Of a stretch of DNA of 32,000 bases, positions 10,213-17,476 are shown one piece after another. The stretch's first letter is position 1, and the number at the start of each line of letters is the position of its first letter. The notes beneath the pieces are model-generated. The model did not search any database and was not told where the DNA came from. It saw nothing but the letters and a program-made list of their open reading frames with translations. Location of the stretch: NCBI RefSeq assembly GCF_000009705.1, contig NC_003272.1:1020001-1052000 (forward strand). The letters are read 5' to 3'. This DNA is from Nostoc sp. PCC 7120 = FACHB-418. GTDB taxonomy: Bacteria; Cyanobacteriota; Cyanobacteriia; Cyanobacteriales; Nostocaceae. The position numbers and the translations under genes were made by a program.

Positions 10213-10245
10213 AGATCCCCGACTTTTTTAAAAAGTCGGGGATCT
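10213..10245. repeat. 33-nt palindromic hairpin element (copy 1) between convergent genes
   Basis: agatccccgacttttt t aaaaagtcggggatct has 16-nt perfect arms. A second copy lies at 15340..15371. This copy is 17 nt beyond the stop of the 10262..10699 gene. Confidence 0.75.
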
Positions 10246-10261
10246 GAACACCCCCAATCCC

Positions 10262-10699
10262 TCATCCCCTATCTTCATAATCTTCAGAAGAAGTGGGATC
10301 TAATTCCCAGCGTCTATCATCACGCTGTTCTAAAATCTCATTGGTGCGGAGAAAAGCTTGATCAGGCATTTCCAACCCCACGGCGGACTCTATTTCCTCA
10401 GTGATATCTTGTTCAGGCGTTGGAGCAGTACCGCCTATAGCCTCATCACCTATGGTATCTGCCCAATAATTATTGTCATTGCCGTCACCCAGGTCAAATT
10501 CTGGGCTAGTCTCTGTGTACTCATGCCCTATACCAATGTTGTATCCTGGTGGGTCTTTGACACCAGTACCATAGGATTCGGTAATTTCCTGTGGCAAATC
10601 ATCAGTATTAATTTCTTGGTTATTAGTTTCTTCTGCCATAATTCTAGCCATTTCCATGTTCTCACAATAACTTTTTATTTCCATTAAGTTGTACTGCAA
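10262..10699 (-). CDS. Acidic hypothetical protein with a C-terminal RD..RWELDP.SSEDY motif
   Basis: 145-aa ORF, very D/E-rich. The C-terminal block GDEAIGGTAPTPEQDITEEIESAVGLEM...QRDDRRWELDPTSSEDYEDRG resembles a conserved small acidic family that I believe is catalogued as DUF6335 (unverified). The start is uncertain: 10699 is TTG, and in-frame ATGs lie further in. Confidence 0.6.
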   Translation of the reverse strand: MQYNLMEIKSYCENMEMARIMAEETNNQEINTDDLPQEITESYGTGVKDPPGYNIGIGHEYTETSPEFDLGDGNDNNYWADTIGDEAIGGTAPTPEQDITEEIESAVGLEMPDQAFLRTNEILEQRDDRRWELDPTSSEDYEDRG

Positions 10700-10817
10700 A
10701 AGATGTACAACTTTAGAAATAAAGGGATCTATCTCCTGAGAACGAAGTAATGCTAGCTATTTACACCTAATCTAAAAAGTATGAAATCAAGGTTAAGCCA
10801 CTTGTAGTTGAATCCGT

Positions 10818-10887
10818 TAGTTATGAGTTAGGAGTTTTTCATGCCCAGTAAAACTGATCAATAATTTTTAACTCATAACTATTTTTT
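10818..10887 (+). promoter_or_regulatory. Leader hairpin (13-bp perfect arms) enclosing an SD plus 7-codon mini-ORF, followed by a T-run, upstream of the DUF2267 gene
   Basis: tagttatgagtta (10818..10830) pairs with taactcataacta (10869..10881), followed by tttttt. The loop contains aggag (10830..10834), ATG at 10841 and TAA at 10862..10864, encoding MPSKTDQ. Confidence 0.3.
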
Positions 10888-10962
10888 GTACTTATCCAAA
10901 ACATATTTACTGTTATTTGAATCTTACTTTCGACTATAGATTTTAATTAGTGGAGGTAGAAG

Positions 10963-11364
10963 GTGGAATACAACGAATTTATTACTCATGTACAAAGCCT
11001 TGCTCAATCCAATTCTCCTGACGAGGCTCAAAGAGCTACCTGTGCCACTTTGGAAACTATTAAGGAACGCATTTCTGGTGAAGAAGCTCAAACCTTAGCT
11101 AATCAACTACCACAAGAATTGGCAGACTGTTTACGGGGAAGAGAAGGGCAACCAGATGAAAGTTTTAATTTGCAAGACTTCATCATGCGCGTGAGTCGAA
11201 AAGAGAACCTAGAACCCACAAAAACAGCAATTCATGTCCGCGCTGTTTTTGCCGTTTTGCAAAATGCTATTAGACCAGAAGAATTTGCCAAACTACATTC
11301 TCATTTCTCGCATGATTATGAAGAAATGTTCGGCACGTCACCCACTGGCGAAGTGCCAGCATAA
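10963..11364 (+). CDS. DUF2267 domain protein
   Basis: GTG start with GGAGG 5 nt upstream. It shows the DUF2267 two-repeat pattern: FITHVQ...SPDEAQRATCATLETIKERISGEEAQTLANQLPQELA, then FIMRV....AIHVRAVFAVLQNAIRPEEF. Confidence 0.8.
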   Translation: MEYNEFITHVQSLAQSNSPDEAQRATCATLETIKERISGEEAQTLANQLPQELADCLRGREGQPDESFNLQDFIMRVSRKENLEPTKTAIHVRAVFAVLQNAIRPEEFAKLHSHFSHDYEEMFGTSPTGEVPA

Positions 11365-11407
11365 TCACCAAGACAAATTTTTAGTTTATCGTTAGATAGG
11401 AAACAAT

Positions 11408-12502
11408 ATGACCAACCATAATAATTCTGGGAAGAAGAAAGTAGCTATTCTGATTGAACAAGCCGTAGAAGATGCAGAATTCATTATTCCTTGCAACGGT
11501 CTAAAACAAGCAGGATTTGAGGTAGTCGTCCTCGGTTCGCGGACGAACGAAAAATATAAGGGAAAACGAGGCAGACTTTCTACCCAAGCTGATGGTACTA
11601 CGACAGAAGCGATCGCCTCTGAATTTGATGCGGTAGTAATTCCTGGTGGGATGGCTCCCGATAAAATGCGCCGCAACCCCAATACAGTCCGCTTCGTACA
11701 AGAGGCGATGCAGCAAGGAAAATTGGTAGCTGCGGTTTGTCATGGGCCACAAGTCTTAATTGAAAGCGACTTACTCCGAGGTAAACAAGCCACAGGTTTT
11801 ATTGCTATCAGCCGAGACATGATTAATGCTGGTGCTGATTATGTAGATGAGGCGCTAGTTGTTGATGGTAACTTGATTACATCCCGTGAACCTGGAGATT
11901 TGGCGATTTTCACCACAGCTATTTTGAGTCGTCTAGGTTATGGCGGTAAAGATGCAGCCCTACCAGATGAAAAAGATAGAAACGCAGAGTGGTGGAAACT
12001 GGCTGATGCTTGGGGCGGTTCGACTAAAGGTGATATTGTCAGAGGTTTGAATACTGCTTTAGGTGGAGAACGTTATTCCCTAGAGGCATTGGAGAAGTAT
12101 ACAGAAAAGGAATCGGACACACAAGCAAAAGCGCTGTTCCAAGAAATGATCACTAATAAACAGCGTCATATTGAATATCTAGAAACTTATCTGACTAGAT
12201 TGGGTGAGAAACCCTCCCTGGGCGCAAATATCGCCAATCAATACGCCAAAGTGAAAACCGCTTTAACTGGTAGCGATGACATACATCAAATACGCAGTGC
12301 TTTAGGTGATTTACAAACAGGCATTGGTGATATTGGTAATCTTTGTGCAATGTACACTGACCCCATAGCAACCGCTATTTTCAAAGAGATTTACAAAGAT
12401 TTGGTCAAATACGAACAGCGATTAGTTTCACTATACCGGACGCGTACAAACGCTACAGCCCAACCACCTAAGCCAACAACAGGGGCAGCTGTATCGATGT
12501 AA
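11408..12502 (+). CDS. DJ-1/PfpI-family (class I glutamine amidotransferase-like) domain fused to a C-terminal helical-bundle (ferritin-like/DUF2383-like) domain
   Basis: The N-terminal half has the nucleophile elbow AAVCHGPQVL, DAVVIPGG and GNLITSREPGDL. After a linker (about 11960..12030) comes a roughly 150-aa all-helical segment (ALGGERYSLEALEKY...QRHIEYLETYL...LGDLQTGIGD...YEQRLVSLY). Confidence 0.85.
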   Translation: MTNHNNSGKKKVAILIEQAVEDAEFIIPCNGLKQAGFEVVVLGSRTNEKYKGKRGRLSTQADGTTTEAIASEFDAVVIPGGMAPDKMRRNPNTVRFVQEAMQQGKLVAAVCHGPQVLIESDLLRGKQATGFIAISRDMINAGADYVDEALVVDGNLITSREPGDLAIFTTAILSRLGYGGKDAALPDEKDRNAEWWKLADAWGGSTKGDIVRGLNTALGGERYSLEALEKYTEKESDTQAKALFQEMITNKQRHIEYLETYLTRLGEKPSLGANIANQYAKVKTALTGSDDIHQIRSALGDLQTGIGDIGNLCAMYTDPIATAIFKEIYKDLVKYEQRLVSLYRTRTNATAQPPKPTTGAAVSM

Positions 12503-12647
12503 AAGAGGGAATAAAAAGTGGGGAGGAGATTCTTTAATTTTGAATTTTGCGAAAAGTTCTGTAGGCAAATGGTGAACTCGGAGGGGTTTCCCGCCGTAGG
12601 AAACTTTTCAAGACGAATTTTGAATTGGTATCACTCCCCATATTGAA

Positions 12648-13388
12648 TTGGAGATATATAGCGTGACTTTGACATCAGGAGATAAACAGGGAAATACTCC
12701 AGGCCAAGCTAGTGATACAGAGCGTTGGGCTTCTCTCATTGGCGGTGGGGCGTTAGTGTTGCTGGGTTTAAGACAAGCCTCGTTGCGGGGAGTGCTGACG
12801 GCTTTAGCTGGTGGCGGTTTAATCTATCAAGGTGCGACGAAACAAAGCACAATTCAGCAAGCGCAAGAAGCGATAGGGATAAATAAACCCATCAAAGTTG
12901 AAAAGACGGTAACAATCAATAAGCCAGCAGATGAGCTATACCGTTATTGGCACAACTTTGAGAATTTGCCCACATTCATGAAGCATCTCAAGTCTGTGAA
13001 GGTGTACAACGAAAAACGTTCTCATTGGATAGCCAATGCACCTTTAGGTAACAGTGTGGAATGGGATGCAGACATTCTAGAAGACCGAGAAAATGAGTTT
13101 ATTTCTTGGGCCTCTGCGGAAGGCGCAGACGTGGAAAACTCCGGTTTTGTGCGTTTCCAAAAAGCCCCAGGCGATGTCCCAGGACAAGCCGCTTCGCGTC
13201 TACGCGGTACTGAAGTGAAAGTGGTATTAGAATACAATCTCCCTGGAGGCGCTTTAGCTGCTGTCGTCGCCAAACTTTTCGGCGAGGAACCAGAACAGCA
13301 AATTGGCGACGAACTACGCCGTTTCAAAATGCTCATGGAGGCCGGAGAAATCGCCACCACCGAGGGACAACCATCGGGAAGAAAATAG
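12648..13388 (+). CDS. Membrane-anchored SRPBCC (polyketide cyclase/dehydrase-like, START/Bet v1 fold) protein
   Basis: An N-terminal glycine-rich hydrophobic hairpin (ERWASLIGGGALVLLGL...LAGGGLIYQG, DUF2892-like) precedes VTINKPADELYRYWHNFENLPTFMKHL...WDADILEDRENEFISW. The ORF-track start at 12648 is TTG. The in-frame GTG at 12663 has GGAGA 8 nt upstream and may be the real start. Confidence 0.8.
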   Translation: MEIYSVTLTSGDKQGNTPGQASDTERWASLIGGGALVLLGLRQASLRGVLTALAGGGLIYQGATKQSTIQQAQEAIGINKPIKVEKTVTINKPADELYRYWHNFENLPTFMKHLKSVKVYNEKRSHWIANAPLGNSVEWDADILEDRENEFISWASAEGADVENSGFVRFQKAPGDVPGQAASRLRGTEVKVVLEYNLPGGALAAVVAKLFGEEPEQQIGDELRRFKMLMEAGEIATTEGQPSGRK

Positions 13389-13401
13389 GGAGTGGAAGGA
13401 T

Positions 13402-13464
13402 AACAACAACTGTTGACTGACGACTTTTAACAGTCAACTGACAACAGACAACTAACTAAATAAC
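13402..13464. repeat. Nine tandem degenerate heptamers (STRR-like) filling the SRPBCC-ADH spacer
   Basis: aacaaca actgttg actgacg actttta acagtca actgaca acagaca actaact aaataac, then the ADH ATG. It also contains the hairpin gttgactg (13412..13419) / cagtcaac (13431..13438). Confidence 0.55.
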
Positions 13465-13465
13465 T

Positions 13466-14635
13466 ATGAAAGCAGTCTGCTGGTATGGTGCTAACGAGGT
13501 ACGGGTAGAGACTGTACCAGACCCGAAAATCCTCAATCCGCGTGATGCGATTATTAAAATTACTTCCACCGCAATTTGTGGTTCTGATTTACATATTTAT
13601 GGCGGCTATATCCCGACAGTGCAGCAGGGTGACATTATTGGTCACGAGTTTATGGGGGAAGTCGTTGAGGTGGGGAGCAGAGTTGATAATTTAAAAATAG
13701 GCGATCGCGTTGTTGTTCCTTCTACAATTGGTTGTGGTAGATGCCACTATTGTGAGCATGATATGTGGTCGCTGTGCGATAACTCTAATCCCAATGGTTG
13801 GTTAGAAGAAAAACTCTACGGTAATATCACCTCAGCCATTTACGGTTATTCTCATCTCTTGGGTGGTTACGCCGGCGCACAAGCTGAATATATCCGCGTC
13901 CCCTTCGCCGATGTCGGTGTGGTAAAAGTCCCGCCAGATTTACCAGACGAAATGCTGTTATTTATCTCTGATGCTATCCCCACAGGTTATATGGGTGCAG
14001 AGATGTGTGACATTCAACCAGGTGATACTGTCGCTGTTTGGGGTTGCGGTGCTGTTGGTCAATTTGCCATGATTAGCGCCTATATGATGGGTGCAGAAAA
14101 AGTCATCGCTATAGATCGCTTTCCCGAACGTCTAGAGATGGCGAAAAAATATGCTAAAGCCGAAGTCATCAATTACGAAGAAGTCAATGCAGGTGAGGCT
14201 TTAAAAGAAATGACCGGCGGACGAGGCCCTGATGCTTGTATTGATGCGGTCGGGTTAGAAGCGCATGGCGTTGGTTTAGAAGACTTTTACGACCAAACAA
14301 AGCAAAAGCTGAAGCTAGAAAGCGATCGCCCCCATGTATTGCGGGAAATGATGGTTGCTTGTCGTAAAGGCGGGACTCTCTCAATCATGGGTGTCTACGG
14401 TGGGTTTGTAGACAAAATACCTTTTGGTGCTGCTTTTAATAAGGGTCTAACCTTCAGGATGGGACAAATGCACGGACAGAAATATATGAATTTGTTATTA
14501 CAACTCATCCTAGATGGCAAACTCGACCCGTCTTTTGTAGTTAGTCATCAATTACCTCTAGAACAAGCCCCTCTCGGTTATCACATTTTCCAGCAAAAAA
14601 AAGATAACTGCATCAAAGTTGTACTCAAACCGTAA
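13466..14635 (+). CDS. Zn-dependent alcohol dehydrogenase family protein (glutathione-independent formaldehyde dehydrogenase-like), paralog 1
   Basis: Catalytic Zn ligands are in AICGSDLH and GHEFMGEV. The structural Zn site is [15 protein letters not shown]. The NAD-binding motif is VWGCGAVG. 389 aa. Confidence 0.92.
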   Translation: MKAVCWYGANEVRVETVPDPKILNPRDAIIKITSTAICGSDLHIYGGYIPTVQQGDIIGHEFMGEVVEVGSRVDNLKIGDRVVVPSTIGCGRCHYCEHDMWSLCDNSNPNGWLEEKLYGNITSAIYGYSHLLGGYAGAQAEYIRVPFADVGVVKVPPDLPDEMLLFISDAIPTGYMGAEMCDIQPGDTVAVWGCGAVGQFAMISAYMMGAEKVIAIDRFPERLEMAKKYAKAEVINYEEVNAGEALKEMTGGRGPDACIDAVGLEAHGVGLEDFYDQTKQKLKLESDRPHVLREMMVACRKGGTLSIMGVYGGFVDKIPFGAAFNKGLTFRMGQMHGQKYMNLLLQLILDGKLDPSFVVSHQLPLEQAPLGYHIFQQKKDNCIKVVLKP

Positions 14636-14908
14636 AAGTGGGGATAAGAAGAATGATTAATTATGACTTACGGATGAAAAGAAAAAATCAAGGGTTTGGA
14701 CAACTTTGAAAATTCTTACACCCTTACACCCAGTCTCAAAAGACAACCTGGGTACGTGAGTCCTACTAATTTCTTCTTACTCTTCACTTAGTACTCAGTT
14801 TTAGATCGAAACTACTACTAATTACTGATTACTAAACCTAGTTACGGATAGATGTTTAATTACATTTATTAAACCAACAATATATACATAATCTCAGTGA
14901 GGATTTTT

Positions 14909-15316
14909 ATGAATCGCGTAATCTCTTGGATACAAAATATTTTGCTTCGTCAAATCTTGGTTGTTTTCTTAGTAGCAGCAACATTCTTCGTAGGTCAATC
15001 TTTTACCTACGGTACTGCGATGATGGCTCAAGCTAATACGGTGCAAACACCAGAAGGCACTTACTATAAAGGTACTCCCGATAGCGAAGGTATTAGAAAC
15101 GATAATCAAGTAAGAAACGCCCAAAATCGCCTCAGAAACACGGCTGATAATGTGCGTGAAAAGTTGAACTTGGATGAAGATACACCCAGAGCTACTAAAG
15201 AGTTTGGTAAATCTGTACAACGGAAAATAGGTGAAACCGTTAATCAAAATACTCAGAATGAGGGTGGTTATTATCAACAACCGGAGCGTGTAAGAGAAGC
15301 TAGGAGCCGGAGTTAA
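14909..15316 (+). CDS. Small exported hydrophilic (Q/N/R/E-rich) protein
   Basis: The ATG at 14909 follows GAGG; the ORF-track start at 14897 is GTG. It has a signal-peptide-like N-terminus (ILVVFLVAATFFVGQSFTYGTAMMAQA) with an AxA site. The mature part is about 90 aa, low in hydrophobic residues, with no known motif. Confidence 0.6.
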   Translation: MNRVISWIQNILLRQILVVFLVAATFFVGQSFTYGTAMMAQANTVQTPEGTYYKGTPDSEGIRNDNQVRNAQNRLRNTADNVREKLNLDEDTPRATKEFGKSVQRKIGETVNQNTQNEGGYYQQPERVREARSRS

Positions 15317-15339
15317 TAATTAATAAACTGTGGGTATTC

Positions 15340-15371
15340 AGATCCCCGATTTTTTAAAAAGTCGGGGATCT
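15340..15371. repeat. Palindromic hairpin element (copy 2, inverted relative to copy 1, one base deleted)
   Basis: agatccccga-ttttttaaaaagtcggggatct. The flanks (ttcaGATC...GATCtatga) are the reverse complement of the copy 1 flanks (tcataGATC...GATCtgaa). It lies between the small secreted protein gene and ADH paralog 2. Confidence 0.7.
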
Positions 15372-15419
15372 ATGACCTGAATCTAGAGATAAAAAATTAA
15401 TGCCCAAGGACTAATAAAT

Positions 15420-16589
15420 ATGAAAGCAGTTTGCTGGCACGGGACAAATGATGTCAGGGTAGAAACTGTACCCGATCCAAAAATTCTTAACCCGCGCGAC
15501 GCAATTATTAAAATTACTTCTACAGCTATTTGTGGGTCTGATTTACATATATATAATGGCTATATTCCCACAATGCAAAGTGGCGATATCCTTGGTCATG
15601 AATTCATGGGGGAAGTTGTCGAGTTAGGTAGTGCTGTAAAAAATGTGAAAGTAGGCGATCGCGTCGTTGTTCCTTTTACCATTTCCTGCGGTTCTTGCTT
15701 CTTCTGTCAACGGGATTTATGGTCTTTGTGCGATAACTCCAACCCCAACGCCTGGCTGGTAGAACTGCAAATGGGTCATTCTCCAGCAGGTCTATTTGGC
15801 TACTCTCACCTATTTGGTGGCTATGCTGGGGGTCAAGCAGAATACGCCCGTGTACCTTTTGCAGATGTCGGCTTGCTTAAAATTCCTGATAATCTACCAG
15901 ATGAACAGGTATTATTTTTAACTGATATTTTTCCCACTGGCTACATGGCGGCGGAGAACTGTAATATCAAACCCGGCGATATTGTGGCTGTGTGGGGTTG
16001 TGGCCCCGTTGGACAATTTGCTATCAAAAGTGCATATATGTTGGGTGCGGAAAGAGTTATCGCCTTTGACCGCATCCCCGAACGCCTACAAATGGCTAAA
16101 GAACAATGTAATGCCGAAGTCCTCAATTACGAAGAGGTAAATATCGGGGAAGCACTCAAAGAGATGACTGGTGGACGCGGCCCTGATGCTTGTATTGATG
16201 CGGTAGGCATGGAAGCCCACGGTACAGACTTAATGGCTTTCTACGACCAAGTCAAGCAAGCTGTAAGACTAGAAACAGACAGACCAACAGCATTACGACA
16301 AGTGATTGTGTCTGCGGCTAAAGGTGGTCATGTTTCTCTGGCGGGTGTATATGGCGGTTTCCTGGACAAAATCCCGATGGGTTCAGCGATGAATAAGGGT
16401 TTAACCTTCAAGATGGGACAAACCCATGTCCATAAATACTTAAAACCCTTACTAGAACGTATTCAAAACGGTGAAATTGACCCCTCATTTGTCATCACCC
16501 ACACCATCCCGCTAGAACAAGCACCCCACGGCTACGAAATTTTTAAACACAAAAAAGATAACTGCATCAAAGTTGTACTCAAACCCTAA
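15420..16589 (+). CDS. Zn-dependent alcohol dehydrogenase family protein, paralog 2
   Basis: 389 aa and collinear without gaps with 13466..14635. Same motifs: [39 protein letters not shown]. Confidence 0.92.
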   Translation: MKAVCWHGTNDVRVETVPDPKILNPRDAIIKITSTAICGSDLHIYNGYIPTMQSGDILGHEFMGEVVELGSAVKNVKVGDRVVVPFTISCGSCFFCQRDLWSLCDNSNPNAWLVELQMGHSPAGLFGYSHLFGGYAGGQAEYARVPFADVGLLKIPDNLPDEQVLFLTDIFPTGYMAAENCNIKPGDIVAVWGCGPVGQFAIKSAYMLGAERVIAFDRIPERLQMAKEQCNAEVLNYEEVNIGEALKEMTGGRGPDACIDAVGMEAHGTDLMAFYDQVKQAVRLETDRPTALRQVIVSAAKGGHVSLAGVYGGFLDKIPMGSAMNKGLTFKMGQTHVHKYLKPLLERIQNGEIDPSFVITHTIPLEQAPHGYEIFKHKKDNCIKVVLKP

Positions 16590-16600
16590 GGTAATTAAAT

Positions 16601-16942
16601 ATGAGCGACACTAGCGTCAAAAAAATAGACTCTCACCATTCCCCCAAAGGTAAACTCGGTCAGAAATATTTAGCATCTGGCAAATCTATCTCTATGCGTC
16701 TTTGGGAAGACGAACAACCAGGAGATGATAAACAACCAACTAGCCGCGAATACGAAACCGTCGGTTATGTAATTAATGGTCGCGCCGAACTGCACATTGA
16801 AGGGCAAATGATCTTACTAGAACCAGGAAGTTCTTGGACTGTACCCAAAGGTGCAAGCCACACCTACAAAATTCTAGAACCTTTTACTGCTGTGGAAGCA
16901 ACTAGCCCGCCTGCACAAGTTCATGGCCGAGATGAGAATTGA
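16601..16942 (+). CDS. Cupin domain protein
   Basis: 113 aa with a cupin_2-like core (GYVINGRAELHIEGQMILLEPGSSWTVPKGASHTY). It starts 11 nt after the ADH2 stop, so it is probably co-transcribed. Confidence 0.8.
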   Translation: MSDTSVKKIDSHHSPKGKLGQKYLASGKSISMRLWEDEQPGDDKQPTSREYETVGYVINGRAELHIEGQMILLEPGSSWTVPKGASHTYKILEPFTAVEATSPPAQVHGRDEN

Positions 16943-16993
16943 CAAAGAAAGAAAAATATACACACTGGTGGCTGAGGTTAGTGTCAACAGATT

Positions 16994-17335
16994 CTAAATA
17001 TTGAGGCGACCTGTGGTCAATAACTGATACCCACCAACAAAACAAGCCATTGAAAGGCAAAATTGCCAAAGACTTGTAGGGTTGAGAATAGCGCGGCTGC
17101 TGAAAAAGACCAGGAATATTCCTAACCCCAGTGCTACCCAACCTAAAGCTTTATCCTGACGGGGTAGGACAAATAACATGAGAATTCCAGAGGTGAGAAA
17201 AAGTATAGAAGCATCAGCCGCTATACCTCGCCACCAATAGGGATACACGTTAGTAGAGAAATAAATATTTTGACCAAGAAAGTAAACACCAGCAAGTAGT
17301 AGTGCTAAACCAATTAGCTTGAATAAAAATCTCAT
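16994..17335 (-). CDS. Small hypothetical membrane protein (about 4 TM helices)
   Basis: 113-aa ORF with an ATG start, hydrophobic throughout (LIGLALLLAGVYFLG..., ASILFLTSGILMLFVL..., WVALGLGIFLVFF..., FCLSMACFVGGYQLL). No family recognised. Confidence 0.6.
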   Translation of the reverse strand: MRFLFKLIGLALLLAGVYFLGQNIYFSTNVYPYWWRGIAADASILFLTSGILMLFVLPRQDKALGWVALGLGIFLVFFSSRAILNPTSLWQFCLSMACFVGGYQLLTTGRLNI

Positions 17336-17476
17336 TATCAGAATAGTGATGAGTTCTCAGCTTATATTGCCCAAATCGATTATAGGGTTTTAGCTGTGGG
17401 TAATAGACAAAGTTAGAGTTAGCCAAATTATGGGCATACTAAGGGCTAAATATACTACACAGGTTAGCCCTGTCAG

